From: Gemmatimonadales bacterium
GTDB taxonomy: Bacteria; Gemmatimonadota; Gemmatimonadetes; Gemmatimonadales; GWC2-71-9
Assembly: GCA_041615815.1 (NCBI GenBank)
Contig: JBFJCP010000030.1
Coordinates: 1 to 52,342, forward strand
DNA length: 52,342 nt
Direction: 5' to 3'
Positions 9,518 to 19,005 of this stretch are shown piece after piece. Under the pieces are notes generated by a model, which saw only the letters and a program-made list of their open reading frames with translations, was not told the DNA's origin and ran no database searches. The translations under genes were made by a program, and so were the position numbers. The first letter of the stretch is position 1; every line of letters starts with the position of its first letter.

Positions 9518-11188
9518 TGTGGGGTCACCATTGCGCCGAAAGACGATCCGCCCGCCCAAGACCGTCATCAGGACTTTGGTGTCCAGAATCCGATCTGGGT
9601 CGATGGTCATGATGTCCTGATCAAGCACCACGAAATCCGCGTACTTCCCAGCGGACAGCGATCCGGCGATGTCCTCCATGAACGCGGCGTACGCCGGCCA
9701 GAGGGTCATGCTCGTCAGTGCTTCCTCGCGTGTGGTTCGCTCCTCGGGAAACCACCCACCGGCGGGCCACCCGTCCGCGTCCTGCCGCGTCACGAAAGCC
9801 TTGAAGGAGATCAAGGGATTCGCGGATTCCACCGGGAAGTCGGAACCATTGGGAATCACCACGCCAGTCTTGAGCAACGACCGCCACGCGTACGCGCCCT
9901 GCACCCTCGTCCATCCGAGACGGTTCATGGCCCAGTACATGTCGCTGGTTTGGTGACTCCCCTGCATTGAGGGGATCACGTCGAGCTGCGCAAAGCGTGG
10001 GATATCCTGGAAGTGAATGACCTGGGCGTGCTCGACACGGAACCGATGGTCCGGAGTCGGCACCTGGTCCAGCGCGGCTTCGAACGCGTCCAGGACCATC
10101 CGGTTGGCGGCATCGCCGATCGCATGCACGTTGAGCTGGAATCGCTGCTCGAGGGCGCGGACCGCGACGTTGCGGACGCGATCGAACGGCACGGTGATCA
10201 ATCCGGTATTCCCAGGCTCGTCGCTGTACGACTCCAGTAAGGCCGCGCCACGACTGCCCAGGGCACCGTCCGCACTGATCTTGATGGAGCGAATCCACAG
10301 CCTTCCGTCGTAGAGACCATTCTGTGGGCCGCGACGGAAATAACGGTCCAACGTCGCGTCGTCGGAGCCGATCATCACGTAGTTGCGGAGGTTGTAGCGT
10401 CCCTCCCGAGCGAGGGCTTCGTACTGGTCGATGATCCTCGGTCCCACGCCGGCGTCATGGATGCCCGTCAGCCCCCAGCGGTTGGCTTCGGCGATAGCCG
10501 CCAACGTCGCTTCCCGGAGTTCCGTCGTGGAGAGTTCCGGAATCACGCGCGCCACGATGCCTTGGGCGCGGTCGATGAGCACGCCCGTGGGATTCCCGGC
10601 GTCGTCACGCAGCAAGCGTCCGCCATCCGGGTCCCGCGTCGCGGCGTTCACGCCTGCCAGCTCGAGCGCTTTGGCATTCACCAGCGCAGCGTGCCCATCC
10701 ACGCGCGTGAGGTACACTGGGTGATCCGGCACGGCTCGGGAAAGGGCTTCATGGGTGGGGAATCGTGTGTCTCCCCAATCGTTCTGGTCCCATCCCCGAC
10801 CCTGGACCCACTCGCCCGGGGCCATGGTTCGGGCCCGCGCTGCCACCTTCTCGATGATCTCGGCGTAGGAGCGAGTACCGACGAGATCGACCCTCCGAAG
10901 CGCGGTTCCCAAACTCAACAGATGGGCATGCGCATCGATCATTCCCGGAATGACGGTCTTGCCATCGAGATCCATCCGCTGGGTCTGCGCCGTAGAGACG
11001 GCCAAGGCGCCCCGGTTGCTACCCACATAGACGACTCGCCCGTCGCGGATCGCCATCGCCTGTGCGAGCGGACGGCCGGCATCCACCGTGTAGATCCGCG
11101 CGTTGAGCACCACGAGATCGGCAGGACGGTCCTGCGCCAACAGGGTAGGCGCGAACACCGTGAGAAGGACAACGAGAGAACGCAGCAT
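9509..11188 (-). CDS. Secreted amidohydrolase family 3 (YtcJ-like) metallohydrolase
   Basis: PGMIDAHAH, KISADGALGSRGA, HAIGD, RVEHAQ, GSDFPV, GKYADFVVL. Signal peptide; GAGGAG RBS before ATG 11188. Confidence 0.92.
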   Translation of the reverse strand: MLRSLVVLLTVFAPTLLAQDRPADLVVLNARIYTVDAGRPLAQAMAIRDGRVVYVGSNRGALAVSTAQTQRMDLDGKTVIPGMIDAHAHLLSLGTALRRVDLVGTRSYAEIIEKVAARARTMAPGEWVQGRGWDQNDWGDTRFPTHEALSRAVPDHPVYLTRVDGHAALVNAKALELAGVNAATRDPDGGRLLRDDAGNPTGVLIDRAQGIVARVIPELSTTELREATLAAIAEANRWGLTGIHDAGVGPRIIDQYEALAREGRYNLRNYVMIGSDDATLDRYFRRGPQNGLYDGRLWIRSIKISADGALGSRGAALLESYSDEPGNTGLITVPFDRVRNVAVRALEQRFQLNVHAIGDAANRMVLDAFEAALDQVPTPDHRFRVEHAQVIHFQDIPRFAQLDVIPSMQGSHQTSDMYWAMNRLGWTRVQGAYAWRSLLKTGVVIPNGSDFPVESANPLISFKAFVTRQDADGWPAGGWFPEERTTREEALTSMTLWPAYAAFMEDIAGSLSAGKYADFVVLDQDIMTIDPDRILDTKVLMTVLGGRIVFRRNGDPTTE

Positions 11189-11202
11189 CTTGCTCCTCGC
11201 GA

Positions 11203-12468
11203 TCATTGGTCGTTGGTATCCAGTCCGGCCAGGGCCGCCGCCAAGAGCACGATCTGTTTGGTTCCGATGCGTGCCGATTCGACCTCCGCCCATTCTTGCC
11301 GCGTGTGTTGATCGCCACCGCGAGCGCGACCGACCGAGATCGACGGCAGTCCACGAATCACGCCAGCGTTGGCGTCGGTAGATCCAGTGGCTCGGGCTGG
11401 CGGCTGCCCGTCAAAGTCGTATCCCAGGAACTCGAGCACATCGATTGCGGTCTGGACGAGCGGATGCGACCGCCGGTCCACGAGGTCCTCGGGGCGACCG
11501 CCTGCCTCACCGCGGCTAATCCACTCGCGTTCGAAACGCACGTTCTCGGCCGCCGCGGCGCGGTCACAGGCGCTGACAATGGCCGCGTCGAGGTCGCTCA
11601 GCAACGCGGGATCCACCGTGCGGAGATCCACTGTGAAGAACACGTCCTGCGGGATGGCGTTGACGACCTCGCCCCCGTGCAGCATCCCCACATTGTACAC
11701 GGCTCCGACCGCGGCATCGGGTGGGGGTAGGGGTATGCGGTAGATGTCCAGGATACACTGGGCAGCGGCGCGCGCAGGGTGCGGCTTGCCACGCGAATAC
11801 AGGGTGTGGGACCCCGCGCTCCGAAACCGCATGCGTGACCAATAGATGCCGAGGGCCCCGTAGTTCACCGGCCCAAGTCCGCCATCGAGGGCAATCAGCA
11901 TGCTCGCAACGCCCGGGTTCTGGTCGAGCCAGTACTCCATGCCGTGAAGGCCCAGCTCCTCCTGTACGGTGCCGATGAACACGAGATCGCCGCGTGTGCG
12001 GATTCCGGCATGCGCCATGGCTCTGAGCGCGGCCAACATGTTTGCCACGGAGGCGCTGTTGTCGAACACGCCGGGAGCGTAGAGACGGCCGTTGCGACGT
12101 TGAACGGTGACGTCGGTGTCGATGGGGTGCACGGTGTCCAGGTGTGCCGCAAAGACCACCGTGGGGCCCGTACCCGCACCGGGCCGCCGCGCGATCACGT
12201 TACCGATGGAGTCGGTGTGGACGTCCAGACCCGAGGCCTCGAGCTGGGTGCGCACGTACCGGCCGCGTACTCCCTCCTCGCGCGACGGCGCGGGGATCTC
12301 CGTGATCCGGATCCACTCGTCGACCTGATCGGCGAAGTGTTCGTCGATGTAGCTGATCGCATCTCGCACCGCAGGGTCGTGGGCGAGCGCCGACGTGAAC
12401 GCCGTGGGGTGTTGCTGCCCGCAGGCAGGCATGGCAACGAAGGCGAGCGCGCTGCCTACCACCAACAT
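11203..12468 (-). CDS. M20/M28-family metallopeptidase (peptidase T-like), probably exported; start 12468 or 12495
   Basis: AHLDTV, GVFDN, VQEELG, STDAN and C-terminal H (DQHT). Hydrophobic N-terminus ending PAC. Confidence 0.88.
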   Translation of the reverse strand: MLVVGSALAFVAMPACGQQHPTAFTSALAHDPAVRDAISYIDEHFADQVDEWIRITEIPAPSREEGVRGRYVRTQLEASGLDVHTDSIGNVIARRPGAGTGPTVVFAAHLDTVHPIDTDVTVQRRNGRLYAPGVFDNSASVANMLAALRAMAHAGIRTRGDLVFIGTVQEELGLHGMEYWLDQNPGVASMLIALDGGLGPVNYGALGIYWSRMRFRSAGSHTLYSRGKPHPARAAAQCILDIYRIPLPPPDAAVGAVYNVGMLHGGEVVNAIPQDVFFTVDLRTVDPALLSDLDAAIVSACDRAAAAENVRFEREWISRGEAGGRPEDLVDRRSHPLVQTAIDVLEFLGYDFDGQPPARATGSTDANAGVIRGLPSISVGRARGGDQHTRQEWAEVESARIGTKQIVLLAAALAGLDTNDQ

Positions 12469-12593
12469 CCTGTGGAACTGTCGCAAGACACACATGGGGG
12501 TGACGGCTCCAAGAGGGAAACGAGGGCCGCGGGAGAACCTACTGATGCCGGTCCGAGGGCGCGAGTGCCCCAACGAAATGATCCTCGAGGCGT

Positions 12594-13433
12594 TCACGGT
12601 TCGAGGTGTCGCGAGAGAAAGGCGTGCAGCTCCGTCCGGTAGCTCTCGCCACCCATCGCATAGGTGTCGTTATGACCGGCTCCTTGAAGTACGAGAAGCT
12701 GCCCCTTGGGCGCGGTGTCCGCCACGGCCCGGCCCATGACCATGGGCGCCACCCGATCGTCCGAGCCGTGAATCACGAGCAGTGGCACCTCGAGGCGCCC
12801 GGCTCGTTCCAGATTGTCGAGTCGGAGCCGAAGCAGCGCGCTGGGAACGATGCCGTAATGCCGGTCCGCCATCTCCTTCGCACTGGAAAACGGCGAATCG
12901 AGGACCACGGCCCGCACCCTATGCTCGGTTGCGACATACAGTGCCACAGCGCTCCCGAGCGAGCGCCCATAGACGGCAATCCGCGTGCTGTCGATGTCGG
13001 CGCGCTCCGAAAGCAATGCCCATGCGGCCTCCGCGTCCCGATAGAGCCCCTCCTCGGTCGGCGTACCGCCGCTCTGCCCATAGCCTCGGTAATCCAAGAC
13101 CAGCAGGCCAACCCCCGGCGGACGGAACTCCCGAAAGACCGACGCGAGCCCACTGACCGTCTCCATATTGCCGTAAAACCAGAGCAGGCCGGGTGCCCGC
13201 TGCCCACTCGGCGGTGCGGGCCGCGGAGGAATGTACCAACCGCGCAAGGTGACGCCGTCACTCGTCGTCGTCGTCACGACCTCGCCGCCGGCCAATCCCA
13301 GCGCTCCCGGCGGTGGCAGGGGCGCGTCAGGAGCCGGAAACGCGAGCCGATCCTGAAAACGCCACGCCAGGAACACCACGAGCGCGTAGCCCACCAGCAG
13401 CGCAGCGAGGATCTTGAGAACAGTTGCTAGCAT
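12594..13433 (-). CDS. Alpha/beta hydrolase with N-terminal membrane anchor (ABHD13-like)
   Basis: DYRGYG, nucleophile elbow GRSLG, HGSDD, GAGHND. Start set at MLATVLK. Confidence 0.9.
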   Translation of the reverse strand: MLATVLKILAALLVGYALVVFLAWRFQDRLAFPAPDAPLPPPGALGLAGGEVVTTTTSDGVTLRGWYIPPRPAPPSGQRAPGLLWFYGNMETVSGLASVFREFRPPGVGLLVLDYRGYGQSGGTPTEEGLYRDAEAAWALLSERADIDSTRIAVYGRSLGSAVALYVATEHRVRAVVLDSPFSSAKEMADRHYGIVPSALLRLRLDNLERAGRLEVPLLVIHGSDDRVAPMVMGRAVADTAPKGQLLVLQGAGHNDTYAMGGESYRTELHAFLSRHLEP

Positions 13434-13448
13434 GGGGTGAATGGTAAT

Positions 13449-13620
13449 GGAAGGATAGAAAGATGGAATGTCGGAACGTGGGGAAGTGCGAAGGATGGAA
13501 GGCTGGACCGCGAAGCGGTCTTTGTCGTTGAGGCGTTCGCACCTTCTAGCCACCTCACCTTGTACGTTTCCCACCCACTCCCCCTCCAACTTTCTGTTGT
13601 CCCATTTCCGGGACGTTGGC
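13449..13620. repeat. Bipartite degenerate 8-bp-periodic element (copy C, longest)
   Basis: ggaaggat|agaaagat|ggaatgtc|ggaacgtg|gggaagtg|cgaaggat|ggaaggct (13449-13504), then accttcta|gccacctc|accttgta|cgtttccc|acccactc|cccctcca|actttctg (13541-13596) and more decayed units. Confidence 0.7.
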
Positions 13621-13788
13621 GTTCGCGGTTGAACCATTCCGACGTTGCACGCGTTCCTGACGCAACCGCGTAATCGCCCGACATGGCACGAGTTGCGTCG
13701 TTCTGACACCATGGCCTCGTTTTTCCGTATGGGGGAATAGCTCGCCCGCGGGGGCAGGACCGGATTCGAAATGGACGGTGAAGGGGAC

Positions 13789-14766
13789 ATGGATCAATCG
13801 GTGGGGCTACCGGAACACGACAAGGAGCTGCTCGAGGATGTGCTAGAAGGGCGCTACAAGCTCGAGGGTCTCATTGGTCGTGGTGCCATGAGCTCCGTCT
13901 ACGTCGCTTGGGAATACGCCCTCAACCGGCGCGTGGCCATCAAGGTTTTGTCACCGGCGTATGCCGGGCAGCTCGAAGATCGTGAGCGGTTCCGTCGCGA
14001 GGCGAGGATTGCGGCCAGCTTTCATCATCCCAACATCGTCCCGGTCTACGCCTTCGAACCGTCGGACGGCATCACCTTCGCCGTCATGCCATATATCGCC
14101 GGTGAGACCTTGGCCGAACGGCTGCACCGCGAGCGCCGGGTGCCGCCCGCCGAGGCTCGAGCGTTGTTGGCAGCCTTGGCCGGTGCGCTCGATTGCGTGC
14201 ATCGCCATGGAGTGATCCATCGTGATGTCAAGCCGGGGAATGTGCTGCTCGACGCGCGGCTGGGGCGTCCCATGCTCACCGATTTCGGGGTCGCGACGCT
14301 CACGACCTCGGATCACTCCCGCTCGGAGATTCACAAGGCGTTCGGCACGCCGCCGTACATGTCCCCCGAGCAAGCCCTTGGCGAGCAGGAGTGTGATGGC
14401 CGCAGCGATCTCTACGCCCTTGGCGTCATCGGGTTTCACATGCTCACCGGGCGCCTCCCGTTCAATGGTGACTCTCCCCGCGAGCTCGCGGCACAGCACG
14501 TGGCGATCGAACCCCCACCGGTGAGTCGCTATCTGCCAGATGTTCCGGCAGATCTCGAAGCCATCGTCGCGCGGTGCCTGGCCAAGGATCCGGACGACCG
14601 CTGGCCCGATGCGGCGCGGCTGGCCCGCGCCCTGGGGAAGAAACGCGCCCGCGGATATCGCTGGTGGCGGTTGTGGGGACGCCGAGTTCAACGGGTGTTT
14701 TCCAGAGACTATCGAGCGACCGACTCCGGTGCGTGGGCTCCAACGGAGACGCTCACGCTCGCCTGA
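13789..14766 (+). CDS. Stand-alone Ser/Thr protein kinase (kinase domain plus short basic/aromatic tail); start 13771 or 13789
   Basis: GRGAMS, VAIK, HRDVKPGN, DFG, GTPPYMSPE. AAGGGG precedes ATG 13789. Confidence 0.9.
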   Translation: MDQSVGLPEHDKELLEDVLEGRYKLEGLIGRGAMSSVYVAWEYALNRRVAIKVLSPAYAGQLEDRERFRREARIAASFHHPNIVPVYAFEPSDGITFAVMPYIAGETLAERLHRERRVPPAEARALLAALAGALDCVHRHGVIHRDVKPGNVLLDARLGRPMLTDFGVATLTTSDHSRSEIHKAFGTPPYMSPEQALGEQECDGRSDLYALGVIGFHMLTGRLPFNGDSPRELAAQHVAIEPPPVSRYLPDVPADLEAIVARCLAKDPDDRWPDAARLARALGKKRARGYRWWRLWGRRVQRVFSRDYRATDSGAWAPTETLTLA

Positions 14767-16088
14767 GACGCGGGGCGGCACGCACGCTGTGCGGCGCGAA
14801 CCCACACGCGCACCTCGGCGGCGGTTGGACGCGTGGGAGGTCGAGAGGTCGGGTAGACGGTGTCGTCTGGATGCAACCCGCGCCACAATCTAGCTGGATC
14901 TGCACGACTCAAATCGCAAACGGAAGACACGCCTCGATCTCGCAGCTCCAAGCTGTACGCTGTGCCGATTCCTCGCAGCGTGACGAGCCGCGCGGTTTGC
15001 ACGATTGAGTCGACTCGCTCGGGGGCATCGGGCAGGGCGTTGGCCAATCGTGCCGTGTCCGCGGCGGCTATCGCGAACGGTGTCTCCATTCCCAGCTCCT
15101 GGAACGCGGCGATCTCAGCTCGCGTCGCCTGCGGAAGGTCTACGAGTCGCGGGTCGGTCGAGCTGATCGTCCAGCGTTCCATGCCGAGGAGCGTCGCTGC
15201 GCTGAATGCAGCGGCGCATGCTGCCACGGCGGCAAGTCGTCCCCATGGCCCGTGTCCGCCGCTGCGTTCATCTCCCCGCTCATCCGCCGGTACCGCCAGG
15301 CCATGGGTTGCGAGGAGGTGGTAGAGCGCCCACGCCTCCAGGGCAAAGAACGGAAACCCGAGAAAGCCAAAGGGTGGCATCTCGAAGAGCTTGAGCTGTT
15401 CCAGCCACGGCACCGTGTAGATCCATTTCCCACGAGCCCAGCCGTTATAGAACTCCCACAGAATGCCAATCGCTGCGCCGCCAAGCATGAGTCGGGCGAT
15501 CCGTCCCCACGATCCCCGTTCGATGTCGGCCAGCAGTGACCACGCCTGTTGGCGCCGATACACGATAGGGTCGGTGATGAGCCACACCGCCCCCCAGACC
15601 AGGGGGAAGAACCGCTGCGGGTCCAACAGGGCGAGGGCCAGCGTACCGAGCCCAAGGAGGGTGGCGGCGCGCAGGTGATGAGGCTGAGCGATGATGGGCC
15701 GGGTACGCCAGCTCATGCCTACGCCCATCGCGGCGAACGCTCGCTCGGCGAGCACCAGGGCGGGAACGACGGTGGCAAAGGACACGAGAATCCCGATCCA
15801 GCGCTCCACCGGATGATGCGGGAGAAACACGTAGTACCAATTCGTGATGCGAAAGTTGATGGCTTCGAACAGCAGCCAGATGACCGGAGACCACATGAAC
15901 AGCGACAGCGTTCGAGTGGGTCGTCGCAGGTATGAGGTCGCGCCCCGCGCAACGCTTCCGATCCCGTCCAGTAGCACGAGCGTCGGATACCACACAAAGA
16001 CGTAGAACCACGTCGGCACCGGATCGACTTGAAATGCGAGCAGCACCCAGGCCGCGAGGATCGTGACGAGCGCCAGCCCAATGGTCAT
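14709..16088 (-). CDS. Polytopic membrane protein with C-terminal DUF4332-like helix-hairpin-helix domain
   Basis: About 9 hydrophobic segments, FEMPPFGFLGFPFFALE, C-terminal LVTLRGIG...RPTAAEVRVWVRAA. Overlaps the convergent kinase 3' end by 58 bp. Confidence 0.7.
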   Translation of the reverse strand: MTIGLALVTILAAWVLLAFQVDPVPTWFYVFVWYPTLVLLDGIGSVARGATSYLRRPTRTLSLFMWSPVIWLLFEAINFRITNWYYVFLPHHPVERWIGILVSFATVVPALVLAERAFAAMGVGMSWRTRPIIAQPHHLRAATLLGLGTLALALLDPQRFFPLVWGAVWLITDPIVYRRQQAWSLLADIERGSWGRIARLMLGGAAIGILWEFYNGWARGKWIYTVPWLEQLKLFEMPPFGFLGFPFFALEAWALYHLLATHGLAVPADERGDERSGGHGPWGRLAAVAACAAAFSAATLLGMERWTISSTDPRLVDLPQATRAEIAAFQELGMETPFAIAAADTARLANALPDAPERVDSIVQTARLVTLRGIGTAYSLELRDRGVSSVCDLSRADPARLWRGLHPDDTVYPTSRPPTRPTAAEVRVWVRAAQRACRPASQASVSVSVGAHAPESVAR

Positions 16089-16182
16089 GCACGGCAAGGT
16101 GAGAAATGCAGACCGTTGACGCCAGTCCAGTGGTTGGGGTGACGTCTTGCATCGGTGACAGGCTTCCCATTGATTGCGGCGT

Positions 16183-17115
16183 ATGCATGACGTCGTAGCG
16201 ATCTCCTGTCGCGGACTCGTCAAGCGCTATGGCGACGTACTCGCAGTGGACCGTCTCGATCTCGATGTACCTCGAGGCCAATGCTTTGGCATGCTGGGTC
16301 CCAACGGGGCGGGGAAGACGACGACGATCGAGATCATTCAGGGACTCATTCCGCCCGACGACGGGTCCGTGGAAATCCTGGGGCTGACGTGGGATCGGCA
16401 CGTGAATGAGCTGCGCCAGCGCATCGGAACGCAGCTCCAGGAAACGCAGCTGCCGGACAAACTGACCGTCGGCGAGGTCGTAGAGATGTTTCGCAGTTTT
16501 TACCGTGAGGGCACGACCGCGGATGCGGTGCTGGAGATTGTGCAGCTCGAGGAAAAGCGGGGCGCATGGGTCAGTAAGCTCTCCGGCGGACAGCGGCAGC
16601 GTCTCGCCGTCGCTTGCGCGCTCGTCTGCGTGCCAGATCTCCTGTTTCTCGACGAGCCCACCACTGGGCTCGACCCGCAATCGCGACGGCAGCTCTGGGA
16701 CGTCATCGAGGGATTCCGACAGGGTGGCGGGACCGTGTTCCTCACCACGCACTACATGGAGGAAGCCCAGCGTCTGTGCGATCGGGTGGCGATCATGGAT
16801 CACGGACGCATCATTGCCTTGGGTTCTCCCCTCGAATTGATCACGTCGCTGGGAGCGCAACATGTCGTGGAGTTTGCGCTGGCCGATGCCGAGGAGGTGG
16901 AGGAGCGCGTGCTCGATGTCCTTCCGGGAGTGGAGCGGGTGGCGCAGGACAACGGCAGGACACGTCTGACCGTCAGCCGGGTCCACGAGACGGTTCCGGC
17001 GCTGATGCACTTGTTGCGGGATCGCGACCTCCTGCTGAGTGAGCTCGTGACGCACCACGCGACGCTCGAAGATGTCTTCCTGTCGCTGACCGGGAGGCAC
17101 CTGCGCGATGAATAG
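16183..17115 (+). CDS. ABC-2 type exporter ATP-binding protein
   Basis: GPNGAGKTT, LSGGQRQR, FLDEPTTGLDP, TTHYMEEA, TLEDVFL. Confidence 0.95.
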   Translation: MHDVVAISCRGLVKRYGDVLAVDRLDLDVPRGQCFGMLGPNGAGKTTTIEIIQGLIPPDDGSVEILGLTWDRHVNELRQRIGTQLQETQLPDKLTVGEVVEMFRSFYREGTTADAVLEIVQLEEKRGAWVSKLSGGQRQRLAVACALVCVPDLLFLDEPTTGLDPQSRRQLWDVIEGFRQGGGTVFLTTHYMEEAQRLCDRVAIMDHGRIIALGSPLELITSLGAQHVVEFALADAEEVEERVLDVLPGVERVAQDNGRTRLTVSRVHETVPALMHLLRDRDLLLSELVTHHATLEDVFLSLTGRHLRDE

Positions 17116-18148
17116 CCTGCGAAGCCGTCCGCTGTTTCATCTCACGCTCTGGCGTGTGCGCGAGTTCACGCGGGAACCCGAGGCGCTCTTCTGGGTGTTC
17201 GTGTTCCCCGTGGCGTTGGCGCTCGCGCTCGGCCTCGCGTTCAAAAACCGTGGAGAGGCGGTGGTCCAGGTCGCGGTCGAGGACGCCCCCGGGGCGGTGG
17301 AGCTGATGGCGGTGCTCGACTCCGCACCGAACGTGGCTCCGGTGCTCGTGGATTCGGTGGAAGCGGGGCGCCGATTACGCACCGGGCGCGTGGCGCTCGT
17401 GGTCCACCCAGGATCATCGCTCGTCTTTTCGTACGATTCCACCCGGCAAGAGAGCCTCTTGGCCAGGCTGATCACCGACCGCGTGATCCAGGAAGCCGGC
17501 GGCCGACACGACGTACGAGCCATCCGGGAACGGCGCATCACAGAGCCGGGGACGCGCTATATCGATTTTCTGCTTCCCGGCCTCATCGGGATGGGCATCA
17601 TGGGGACGAGTATGTGGGGTGTGGGATTCGGCATCGTCAAAACGCGTAAAGAGCGCCTGCTGAAGCGCCTCGTGGCTTCGCCGATGCGCCGCCACGAGTT
17701 CATGATCTCGTTCATGCTCAGCCGACTTCTCTTCCTTGGCCTCGAAGTGGCCGTGCTCCTCGGGTTCGGGGCGCTCGTGTTCGGCGTCCCGGTGCGAGGC
17801 TCGCTCTTCAGCATCGTCACCATCAGCGTGTTGGGCGCGCTGGCCTTCGCCGGGGTCGGACTCCTCGTGGCGAGCCGCACTCGCACCATCGAGGGTATCT
17901 CGGGACTGCTCAACGTCGTGATGGTGCCCATGTGGATCTGCTCGGGGGTCTTCTTTGCTTATTCGAACTTCCCGGAGGTCATGCAGCCGTTTCTTCTGGC
18001 GTTGCCGCTGACGGCGTTGAACGACGCGCTGCGCGCGGTGATGCTCGATGGCGCGACCTTCGCCGCGACCTCACCCCTGCTCGGCATCGTGCTCGCGTGG
18101 GGCGTTGGGAGTTTTCTCGTTGCCCTCAGAATCTTCCGTTGGAGCTGA
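17108..18148 (+). CDS. ABC-2 type exporter permease
   Basis: REPEALFW, RYIDFLLPG, LPLTALNDALR. Overlaps the ATPase stop. Confidence 0.92.
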   Translation: MNSLRSRPLFHLTLWRVREFTREPEALFWVFVFPVALALALGLAFKNRGEAVVQVAVEDAPGAVELMAVLDSAPNVAPVLVDSVEAGRRLRTGRVALVVHPGSSLVFSYDSTRQESLLARLITDRVIQEAGGRHDVRAIRERRITEPGTRYIDFLLPGLIGMGIMGTSMWGVGFGIVKTRKERLLKRLVASPMRRHEFMISFMLSRLLFLGLEVAVLLGFGALVFGVPVRGSLFSIVTISVLGALAFAGVGLLVASRTRTIEGISGLLNVVMVPMWICSGVFFAYSNFPEVMQPFLLALPLTALNDALRAVMLDGATFAATSPLLGIVLAWGVGSFLVALRIFRWS

Positions 18149-18218
18149 TGCGGGCCCGCGCGCCCCTCCCTCCTGTCTGCCCGGTGCCTGAAACCCATTT
18201 CCCCTTCCATCCGTAGGT

Positions 18219-18258
18219 TTACGTTGTTAGGTTAACGCCGTTAGGTTAACAGCGTTAA
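18219..18258. promoter_or_regulatory. Three tandem TAAC-N3-GTTA palindromes at 14-bp period; putative TetR operators
   Basis: TTACgttGTTA 18219-18229, TAACgccGTTA 18233-18243, TAACagcGTTA 18247-18257, in an AT-rich island 100 bp upstream of the TetR gene. TTGACA at 18293-18298. Confidence 0.7.
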
Positions 18259-18357
18259 GTTATGTAACGGACCGTAAAACCTCTGCATTCTATTGACAAT
18301 GCCAATTCTAGAGGATTTTTCTTCGACAATGCTTTGCCAGCCCTGTGAGCTCGACCG

Positions 18358-19005
18358 ATGACGATGACCTCTACGGCCTCGCGGCCACAGCGGTCCGAGC
18401 AGGAGACGGCCATCCTGGAAGCCGCCCGCGACCTCATGGCCTCGGGAGGTGTCGATGCGCTCTCCATGCGTGCGTTGGCCGACCGTGTCGGTGTGAGCGC
18501 GACGGCCATCTACCACTACTTCGAGAGCAAGCAGCACCTCGTCGAGCATGTCGTCCGGTTGGGCTTCGAGCGGTTTGGCGAGTACCTCCAGCACGGGATG
18601 GAGAACTACCCACGGGGATCGCTGGAGCGGGTCCACGCGCTGGGCGAGGCCTATCTCCGGTTCGCGCTGGAGAACCAGGCCTATTTCCGAGTCATCTTCA
18701 GCATTCAGCCGCAGCCGGAGCGCACCATGGCCGATCTCCCCGAGGGTGGGGGGTATCATCTTTTGCGCCAGAGCGTGGTGGATGCCATGGAGGCTGGCAC
18801 ACTGCGCCGGGCGGATCCCGACCTCATGTCGTTGTATCTGTGGAGCGCCGTTCATGGGCTCGTCACCCTCACCCTGTCGTGCGCGGAACCGCCGTGCGAA
18901 GGGGAATGCATGCCCATGTCACCGGTCCAGCTCTACGAAGCCTTCAGTCCATTCATCGCGTACGGCATCCGGGCCCCCGCATCGTCGGGAGGTCACCATG
19001 CCTAA
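18358..19005 (+). CDS. TetR/AcrR family regulator (WHG-type C-terminal domain)
   Basis: HTH LSMRALADRVGVSATAIYHYFESK, AYLRFALENQAYF, WSAVHGL. Confidence 0.92.
   Translation: MTMTSTASRPQRSEQETAILEAARDLMASGGVDALSMRALADRVGVSATAIYHYFESKQHLVEHVVRLGFERFGEYLQHGMENYPRGSLERVHALGEAYLRFALENQAYFRVIFSIQPQPERTMADLPEGGGYHLLRQSVVDAMEAGTLRRADPDLMSLYLWSAVHGLVTLTLSCAEPPCEGECMPMSPVQLYEAFSPFIAYGIRAPASSGGHHA

Noticed and set aside
13684..13696. Sigma54-like TGGCACG..TTGC upstream of the small kinase
   Set aside because: GG-to-GC spacing is 8 nt rather than the required 10.
13745..13775. TTCGAATCC T-loop-like motif on the minus strand (tRNA or att remnant)
   Set aside because: No T-stem pairing, cloverleaf or CCA end, and no integrase nearby.
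13434..13790. 119-aa N-terminal extension of the alpha/beta hydrolase
   Set aside because: It translates the periodic repeat and the divergent promoter region; the family-like sequence starts at 13433.
18214..18270. 14-bp tandem repeat as a possible CRISPR or iteron array
   Set aside because: No spacers and no cas or rep gene; only three units; better explained as TetR operators.
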